Source: Laetmonice hystrix
Lineage: Eukaryota
Assembly (NCBI GenBank): GCA_965235115.1
Contig: OZ249436.1
Coordinates: forward strand, 50,904,001 to 50,968,000
Length of the DNA: 64,000 nt
Direction of reading: 5' to 3'
Made by a program: the position numbers and the translations under genes. The notes below the pieces were generated by a model. That model searched no databases, was not told where the DNA came from, and saw only the letters and a list, made by a program, of their open reading frames with translations. This document shows, piece by piece, positions 54,896-64,000 of the stretch. The number at the start of each line of letters is the position of its first letter. Position 1 is the stretch's first letter.

Positions 54896-55874
54896 ACAAA
54901 ATATAAGTTCACTGCCTGTGGTAATCAGTACCAGTTCAATCCAGTATTATCATGTCAGATGGCGTGGCTGTTGTGAAGAGTGTCTTAACTCCCATCGGAA
55001 GGGTCCCCGTTTCAGTCCCAGGCCCAGTCACGTTTTAATTTTTTTTTCATTTTCCCCTCTAATTTTTAAAAAATGGTGACGTGACCTGGAAAAAAAATCT
55101 ATAATGAAAGAGCATATCACTTCCTATCTGTGTTTAATAGTAACCATTGCCCTATCTGGCACCGTTTAGAAGTTCTAGGCATAGGTATCTAAATTGACAA
55201 TTGTTCTAAACTTTTGATTATTCGTGACAAGCTCATGTTAGAGTCCTGCCTAATATTTCACCAAAAAATGAAGAGGAAGTAGCGATTTAAGAGATTTGTG
55301 ACCGAGGACCCAGTTCTCCCAAAGTTCAAGGTCAAACGACAAATGAAAGGTCCATGTTAGGCTAGACCCTTGCCTGATTAAAACGCCATGGTGGGGTTTG
55401 GAAATTCCCAATATGAACTTTAAAAATGGCCCCAATGTCCAGGACACGTTTCACGTCATGACGTCATGACGTGACGTCACGTGATGTCATAACTCATTGT
55501 CTGACCAGTCCTTGTCATGGTCAAGATACTACTACAACGCAAAGAGTAATAATAGGGAAGACGAAACCACACAATCTCAAGATCCAATCCCCCTGTCGGG
55601 GATGGGATAATAAGGCAAACAGGGCCATTTTTAACTATATGGCTGAATTAATTATTAGCACATTGACGGCCTATACAAATATTACCACTAGAATGTTTAT
55701 GGTCGCACGCCCGGGAAAATATAGAGCCGGCAGATCACACCCGCACCTCACCCGACACCTCCCGGCACCTCTCTCGGTATCTCTCACAGCACCTTACCCG
55801 GTACCTATCCCGGCACCACACCCGGCACCTCACTCGGCACCTCCCGGCTCCTCTCTCGGGTCCTGACTTCACAC

Positions 55875-57620
55875 TCCCCACATCATTTCACGTCACTCGC
55901 CTACCTCACTCACGTCGCTCACCCACATCACTCACGTCACTCCCCACATCACTCTTGTCACTCACCCACATCACTCACGTCACTCACCCACATCACTCTT
56001 GTCACTCGCCCACGTCACTCACGTCACTCACCCACATCACTCGTGTCACTCGCCCACATCACTCACGTCACTCGCCCAGATCACTCACGTCACTCACCCA
56101 CATCACTTATCACTCGCCCACATCACTCACGTCACTCGCCCACATCACTTATCACTCGCCCACATCACTCACGTCACTCGCCCACATCACTTATCACTCA
56201 CCCACATCACTCACGTCACTCACCCACATCACTCTTGTCACTCGCCCACATCACTCACGTCACTCCCCCAGATCACTCTTGTCACTCGCCAACATCACTC
56301 ACGTCACTCACCCACATCACTCTTGTCACTCGCCCACATCACTCACGTCACTCCCCCAGATCACTCTTGTCACTCGCCCACATCACTCACGTCACTCACC
56401 CACATCACTCTTGTCACTCGCCCACATCACTCACGTCACTCCCCCAGATCACTCTTGTCACTCACCCACATCACTCACGTCACTCGCCCACATCACTTAC
56501 GTCACTACCCCACATCACTTACGTCACTCGCCCACATCACTCACGTCACTCCCCCACATCACTGATCACTAGCCCACATCACTCACGTCACTACCCCACA
56601 TCACTGATCACTAGCCCACATCACTCACGTCACTACCCCACATCACTGATCACTAGCCCACATCACTCACGTCACTACCCCACATCACTGATCACTTGCC
56701 CACATCATTCACGTCACTCCCCCACATCACTCACGTCACTACCCCACATCACTGATCACTTGCCCACATCACTCACGTCACTCGCCCACATCACTCACGT
56801 CACTCCCCCAGATCACTCTTGTCACTCGCCAACATCACTCACGTCACTCACCCACATCACTCTTGTCACTCGCCCACATCACTCACGTCACTCCCCCAGA
56901 TCACTCTTGTCACTCACCCACATCACTCACGTCACTCGCCCACATCACTTACGTCACTACCCCACATCACTTACGTCACTCGCCCACATCACTCACGTCA
57001 CTCCCCCACATCACTGATCACTAGCCCACATCACTCACGTCACTACCCCACATCACTGATCACTAGCCCACATCACTCACGTCACTACCCCACATCACTG
57101 ATCACTTGCCCACATCATTCACGTCACTCCCCCACATCACTCACGTCACTACCCCACATCACTGATCACTTGCCCACATCACTCACGTCACTCGCCCACA
57201 TCACTCACGTCACTCCCCCACATCACTCACGTCACTCGCCCACATCACTCACTTCACTACCCCACATCACTCACGTCACTCACCCACATCATTCACGTCA
57301 CTCCCCCACATCACTCACGTCACTCCCCCACATCACTCACGTCACTACCCCACATCACTGATCACTAGCCCACATCACTCACGTCACTCGCCCACATCAC
57401 TCACGTCACTCCCCCACATCACTGATCACTAGCCCACATCACTCACGTCACTCGCCCACATCACTCACGTCACTCCCCCACATCACTGATCACTAGCCCA
57501 CATCACTCACGTCACTCGCCCACATCACTCACGTCACTCCCCCACATCACTGATCACTAGCCCACATCACTCACGTCACTACCCCACATCACTGATCACT
57601 TGCCCACATCACTCACGTCA
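55875..57620. repeat. 20-22-bp minisatellite, ~80 units, with higher-order blocks
   Basis: Unit GCCCACATCACTCACGTCACTC with CTTGTC/TGATC variants; gives the His/Thr/Ser-periodic ORFs in all three forward frames. Confidence 0.95.
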
Positions 57621-57836
57621 TTGCAACGAGCGACGGCGATGGCTACACTTGTATCAAGCAGGAAAACTATGCAATTCAACTACAACTGTCACTACCCCAC
57701 ATCACTGGTCACTCCCCACATCATTTCCCATCACTCGCCCACATCAATCACGTGAATTACGTCATTCCCCTTCATCTTCAGGTAACTTCCCACATCATTT
57801 ACGCACCCCCGTCTATAGCTGTCTAGCTTCTACCAA

Positions 57837-58603
57837 GAGAGGTGAAACTCCTGAGCTCGGCAGATGAGAGACTTCCAGTGCCCCTTATCAGTACTCATTA
57901 ATCTGACCACCGGCTCCATATTACAGACTTGCTGTACAAGGCCGACGGGACCACTTGCTGGGCGCCTGCTGGGCAGCAGGCCTTTGGTGTTCCATGGTAT
58001 TTTGGCGGGAAGCATTGGGAAGGGTCAGTTTCAGGCAACCCCTGTTTGGCCTACATAATTTTAGTACCACAAATATGGAAAATCTTTAGTTGCCAGTTTC
58101 AATAACTCAAAATAGTGTTTTACTGATTTAATGCAAATAGGGAGATTCCCCTCTAGATAAGCTTTCAGATGGTGTGCAGAATGTCAAGGTCAGTCTCCAC
58201 GTGGCTGCATAGTGACCGGTTGAAAGAGGTGAATACAGAGAAATTTACCTGACTTGTCTGTTAGAACTTCAAAATAGGAAATGTTTTAAATGTAGGACAC
58301 CTTTCTAACATTAACATCACATAAAAAACACATGTCTTTAGTAAGTTGTACGTGCTGTTTCAGTGTCCAATTCTAGAAACAGTGTTTAAAAGAGGATGGA
58401 GAGTGCTGCCTGCTTGGTGTGTAGTGACAGTAACCTGCCTTGTTTCTAACCCCAGTGGCCACCGCTCCGTCACCTCCCTGTAACCCGAGTAAGACCAGAT
58501 GCTGGTCATCTCTGACCAACAAATGACCACATGCTGGGCGTGACCAATACAAAACAACATCGGACCACTGTCCCCCATAAGGGCCCCACGAGTTTCACCT
58601 CTC
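57837..58603. mobile_element. Possible TIR element remnant
   Basis: 14-bp inverted repeat GAGAGGTGAAACTC/GAGTTTCACCTCTC; no TSD found. Confidence 0.35.
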
Positions 58604-58904
58604 ATACTCGTTGCTTCTACTAAGTTCTAGGTCGGGTAATGACAGATGATCGCAGACTGGTTTACTGTTACACTACACTTTGACTCAGTGCCTCCGGCAC
58701 TGAGACGAGGCCGGACATTAAAGAGGGTCATAAAAGCGCGTGTCAACGAGGACACCAGGCACAGGAGGGCGGTGTAGTTGCAAGGTTCCCAATGAAAGGG
58801 GTCACATGAACCGCAACGGTAATTGATATATGATAAGCAAATGGACAGTTAATGAGATGTTAGATTCTTTGAAGTGCGATACAACAATTAGATATGCATG
58901 AGTA

Positions 58905-59272
58905 AGTTTCGGTATATATACGAAAACTTTCTGTATTAAATACAGAAACTTTCTGTATTAAATACAAAAACTTTCTGTATTAAATACAAAAACTTTCTGT
59001 ATTAAATACAAAAACTTTCTGTATTTAATACAAAAACTTTTTGTATTAAATACAAAAACTTTTCGTATTAAATACAGAAACTTTCTGTATTAAATACAAA
59101 AAGTTTTTGTATTAAATACAAAAAGTTTTTGTATATATACCAAAACTTTCTGTATTAAATGCAAAAAGTTTTTGTATTAAATACAGAAAGTTTATGTATT
59201 TAATACAAAAAGTTTATGTATTTAATACAAAAAGTTTTTGTATTAAATACAAAAAGTTTTTGTATTTAATAC
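58905..59272. repeat. ~21-bp AT-rich array in the right TIR
   Basis: Reverse complement of the 49290-49680 array. Confidence 0.9.
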
Positions 59273-61784
59273 ACGCACACACACAAATTTGTGTGTGGGT
59301 GTGAACTGAGCTGTTTATTGCCCTACACCCACACATATATTTATGTGTGTGTGTATGTCACCACCAGACCATGGTAGTCTACAGCATATACGCACATAGG
59401 CACGTGTATGATAGAGTAGAGTTCATCCAAAATACTTCATTCAGATGAACTGAATAAACACACATAATATGTACCATATCCATTATCATTCTGTTGACAC
59501 GGCCATATATTGGGTCTATTGAAGGTGAACTACGATATAATCCCTATTATAGTAATATATCTTTTTATCCCTCTTTTTATGCAAAGGCTTCCATAGTTAA
59601 AGGCCCAGCCGTATAGAGGGAGCAAAGGCCCTGGAGGCGCCATGGGGGGGGGGGGGCAACTAGGGCAACTGTCTATTAGGCAGTTTAATGTGGTTAACAG
59701 GAGGTCGGTCCATGCAGACGGGCCGGTTGTACTTACACGTTGTGGGGTGGTCTGTCCTGAGTGGGCGCCGCCGGTTCCAGCTACTCGCCCGGCGAGGACC
59801 GCCTCCCACGCCGCTGAATGAACCTCTCAGCCGGTGTCGTCGCCGAGGATGATGATGAGGAGGCCTGGGTCCGTATTAGGAGAAAGATCCCAAAGATTCT
59901 CGGCTGCATGACCCAGTTGGCGCGTCCTAAGCCTATTTGTACGACGTGCTGCTGCTGCTACCACATGGCGATCCTGGAGCCCCCGTCCTGGTTGCAAGCG
60001 AAGGAGGAAGAGGCTGAGCTCCTGTTGATGGAACGCCAGCGACACGCAGGAACCAGGCTTGAATTATGTCCACTGCCTCGGAGGCAGCAGCAGCTACAGC
60101 AGCAGCCACGGTGGCATCTGCAGCAGTGGCCACGGCTCCAGCTGGCCTGTCCCTCTCCATCTCCACCAACGACTCCGACATCACCTCAGTGCCTGAAACA
60201 CTAGAACACTACTCTCTCCACACTGCCGGTCGTGGCCGGTGGTTGCATAAGGTGACGTCATGCACCCCGCCCTCTCCTGCCGCCCCCCCCTCCCACGGTC
60301 AGTTGTCGCCAACAAGGGCGGGTCCTCTGGACGCCCACCAGTCCATCATTCGGCCGTTTCCATATTCATGCTCAACCCTGGGAAGAGGAAAAATTGCCGC
60401 TGCCTTGCAATGTGGCTTCATTAAATACATAATAAAGGGATTAACTACGGCTCACACAAAATCCTATTCATCAATACTGACACGTATATGTGGGTAATAG
60501 TATCACTATGTTGTGCTTCTGCCGTCGTTAGGCATACTTTATCCGTAATATACAGGCTTACATGGCTATAAACAGGGCATTAAATTTGAAATGATCATTT
60601 CAAGAGGTGAACATTCTGACGATTGGCAGCCAGAACTCCAAAATATCGCCCCCCCCCCCTTAGTAGCCCCTTCTGCTTCTGCTAAATATCGCCCCCTCTT
60701 AGTATATCTTCCTCCTCCTTCTCCTCCACTCCTACCCTTCTTCTTCTTCTTCTTCTTCTTGGTATTTTGAGCTCCCATCTATGCCCTTCAATGAAAATGG
60801 CTTTCTCCACAGGAAGGTATAATTAGCAGGCCTGCAGACTTGTATTTACTTGTATTTGAATACCATTGTCTCCTAATGAGAAATGTAACAGTACTACCTC
60901 CTGTGCTCAGAGCGATATTAATCGTAGTAAATATGTAAAAGTTTTGCCTCCTCAGCCGAAGGTTAATTTTCCTGACGTCTGTTTGAGCGGGGCGTGTCCC
61001 TTCAAGGCAGAGACGCAGTTGTTATATGGATTTCCGTGCTCCTATTGAGGCTATTCAATCAATAATGACCATATGTGAGATTCTGTGGATGCCTTAAACA
61101 CTTTAGAATGAATGATGTTACCTGTCAGTATTATTATAACGGGTACGAGCTTGCCATCTCTCTCCCTCTCATTTCACTGATCTGTCCATTTGACCACAAT
61201 GTCCTCGCTAACAGGCCCAGGAAATGCTACTGACCGTGCCCTGTCATAAAGTCCGATCTCGTTTCTTTGAGTCAACAGCTTACATCAAGGGTCGTTAATA
61301 ACCCCGCCGCCTGACAAAATATCGAGAACATCTGGCCGTTATCTTACAGGGATACATTCCCATGCCGATAGATGGCGCTGTGGGAGAGATGATTTTTTTA
61401 AATATTTTCTTCTAACAGAGTTTGGACTTGGGGAGGCCCGCATAGTCGGTGATGTATTACGGAAGGGATGGGTCGGTTACCAAGCGCAACAGGTGTACCA
61501 GTGGCCGCCGGCTAGACCTGCCAGTGCCACCTCAGGTCCACCAGCCTCAAAAACTGAGGACCAACTTTTTTTTCGACGGATGATGTATATTTCTCCGATG
61601 GGTTCCGTCATTGGACAAGCAAATCGGGAGTAGTAGGTAGGCTCGCCCCCACTATAGAGTCTAATAACTTCTGATTTCCCGGACTAGCCTACTAAAATCC
61701 AAACAAATCCAGAAATGTTCCGGGTGCTTAGACTTTTGGTGTATTGAGTTCCTCCCTCCACCACTCACTCCTCCTAAACATGAA

Positions 61785-62145
61785 ACATGGACCCGGCCGC
61801 GAAATTTTTTTTCCCACATTAGTTCCGGACCCCATTCTAGCTTCAGCCAATCAGTGAACGCCAGACTCTATCGCTCGCGATATGGGACCGAACAGTGTCA
61901 GTGAATGTTTCTTATTGACACCCACATTAAGATCCACTGCTCATCTATTTAACAATAATTTTGGGCTATGAAAACTAACACTAACCCTAGGCCTAACCTT
62001 TACCCTAACCCAAACACACTGTCTCGCATCTCGCATGTCGTCGCCGGTATTCCATAGCCATATGTGTGCCTGTTTCTGATTGGCTGTATGATAATGGGGG
62101 GTCCAGAACTAATGTGGGAAAAAAATTTTCGCGACCCGGCCATGT
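61785..62145. mobile_element. MITE with ~70-bp diverged TIRs and an internal TAACCC-like tract
   Basis: ACATGG...CGCGAAATTTTTTTTCCCACATTAGTTCCGGACCCC...CAGCCAATCAG is inverted at ~62076-62145. Confidence 0.75.
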
Positions 62146-64000
62146 ATAAACTGCACATGGCGCATATCTAAATGCTACAGTGCGTTCAGCTTCTGGTCTA
62201 TAGCTATACCGACATTTGCTTCCCTGTGTGATAGCTAAGACAGCGTACTCGGTCTGAGTCTATAGCTAAGACATACATGGCAGGCAGTGTTCGAATCGTG
62301 GCTCCCTCGTCCCTGGATGCACACACACACAACCCGCAGAAAGAAGTATTTGTTTACCATGGTACAGGCGGTACCGTTATGGAAACATCATATCCCTGGA
62401 TAGAGTGGAATAAAAACGGGGTACGTTTCTGTGGCTAAAGAACACACACAGCGTATGAGCCCAGATGATGCCCTGGCTCTAGTCCCTGACTGGGGTTCAT
62501 TCCGTTTATATTCTTGTACTATTTTACACCATTTCATGACACCCTGGATATATCACAGAAGACTATCATTAATATTAACTACTTGAGGCAGGCATATTAG
62601 GAGAACAGTGTATATTTGCACACCCAGGTTGAAGGAGGATCTGGATGTTAAAAAGGTTAGTTCATTTAATAAAAGTCCAGTAAAAGTCCACCCTTATCAC
62701 CTCAGCCTACATTTGAAGTTTACATGTCATCTTTGCCTATTAGAGATTCCACATTAAGCCGTCGAATTGAATGGCTGGGAGCTATACGTACCGCCCATAT
62801 AGTCAGAATGAATCGGAGGGTTATACAGTCCCTGTAAACACATCTATTCAAACATTCCAATCGTATCTCCAGGGAAAAGTCGGCAATAAAAGGGTCACGT
62901 GACTCATCGGGCATGCGCAGTTGGTGGTATCTCGCGCTCTGTCACGTGACGACTGTATTTGAACGTGGCTCTCCCTATAGCAGCACGTATATAAGTCACA
63001 AGTATAGAAAGGTGAGGAACCATGGGATGTTCGATGGACTTCCGAGGTTGTTTTTGGAGGTTTACTGTTTTCTTTGTTGTGCTTTTGTTTTTATTGGGGG
63101 AAGGGAGTTTCACGGAGATCTATTAAACACTCCCTACCTTCATACTGAGCTGGAACCACCCACCCGACAAATAATCTATCTTTACCTGGGTTTCTCTTTT
63201 ACTGAAATTTCAACGATTTCTCATTTCATTTTGTTTATTGGTCCTAATATATGTACAATATAGAGGACTAGGTTGAGGAGGGGGTCTAGTGGATCGACCC
63301 CCCCCCCCCAATTATAATTATCTTCCTGCATGGTCCCCATAAGATTTCAATTCAATTAGTGAACGATTACATCTCGATCTACAAACATCCACAAACAGTC
63401 AAACTAGCTTGTCAAAATTAGCCTGCAATTTCCACTCCGTGCTGTAGCACGTTCCTGGACCCGAGAGCGTGTTTCAAGACAACGACAGGAGTGGATCAAC
63501 CTTGTTTCCCTGCCAGATTTCCGTTCATGGCGGCCATTACGTGACTGAACTGCCAATCCATGGATTATGCTTGAGATAGGAAGCCAGATAATGAGACGAC
63601 ACAAGCGCCCCCTGCCGACGGCTTGCCTCAGTACCGTCACGAACCGGTCACAAATACTGGCACCAAGAGGTGACCCTGACGTGACCTTGAGATGACCTTG
63701 AGATGACCGAGATGTGAGGCATGACCACACCCAGAACCTGTGTAAAGGCCCAAAGCAGAGGGCATTGGGGGGGGGGGGGACATTACCTATAATGCGTACT
63801 GATTATAGAAAAAAATTAGTTGCCGATTCAAGGAGGATTTTCGCTGAACGTCACTCTAGGGCTCAAGATACGTTATCAATGTATTTGGCTGGTATGGGTC
63901 CCTTAACAAAACATCGATTTCATTGTTTCATAGGACACTGACTTGGTGGGTTTGCTGATAGTGTACTTTTGACCTAACATAATTTTTTATTTGCTTGAGG

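Larger units (their letters stand above)
49185..59376. mobile_element. 10.2-kb foldback-like non-autonomous DNA transposon with ~500-bp TIRs (IS3EU-like)
   Basis: GTCTAC|TACCATGGTCTGGTGGTGAC...GTCACCACCAGACCATGGTA|GTCTAC. The outer ~110 bp of the TIRs differ at about 3 positions. TIRs span ~49185-49696 and ~58887-59376. Confidence 0.8.

Noticed and set aside
54958..55030. tRNA gene
   Set aside because: A/B boxes are degenerate and no convincing cloverleaf forms; at most a SINE-head relic.
55955..57361. His/Thr/Ser-rich ORFs up to 324 aa
   Set aside because: Open in all three frames because the 22-bp unit lacks stops; the reading phase shifts from unit to unit.
4154..57620. Tandem arrays as CRISPR arrays
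   Set aside because: Units are head-to-tail with no unique spacers, there are no cas genes, and the context is eukaryotic.
49185..59376. Polinton/Maverick assignment for the large element
   Set aside because: The 6-bp TSD and long TIRs fit, but the ends are TA...TA rather than AG...CT and no polB, integrase or capsid remnants were seen.

Overview
Eukaryotic, repeat-dense genomic DNA from what looks like an invertebrate animal (spliceosomal introns, MITEs, minisatellites; taxon not determinable by eye). Two host genes are supported, both on the minus strand. (1) A three-exon, 143-aa GPI-anchored Ly6/uPAR three-finger (Quiver-like) protein spread over 21 kb (exons 29603-29537, 13869-13741, 8766-8531), which the ORF track mostly misses. 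(2) A single-exon 473-aa ORF (34852-33431) whose N-terminal coiled coil resembles vertebrate PRR16/Largen and INSYN1 (DUF4589). The rest is mobile and repetitive DNA: a decayed Tc1/mariner transposon, a CR1-type LINE remnant, MITEs with TTAA, 3-, 4-, 6- and 8-bp target duplications, and about 14 tandem arrays. Most notable: a 10.2-kb foldback-like element with ~500-bp TIRs, TAC...GTA ends and a GTCTAC 6-bp duplication (IS3EU-like); a window-wide excess of TA-G(n)C(n)-TA micro-insertions that look like transposon footprints; and eight perfect CRE sites in tandem upstream of the three-finger gene. No rRNA, confident tRNA or CRISPR array. Family assignments come from recalled motifs, not searches.
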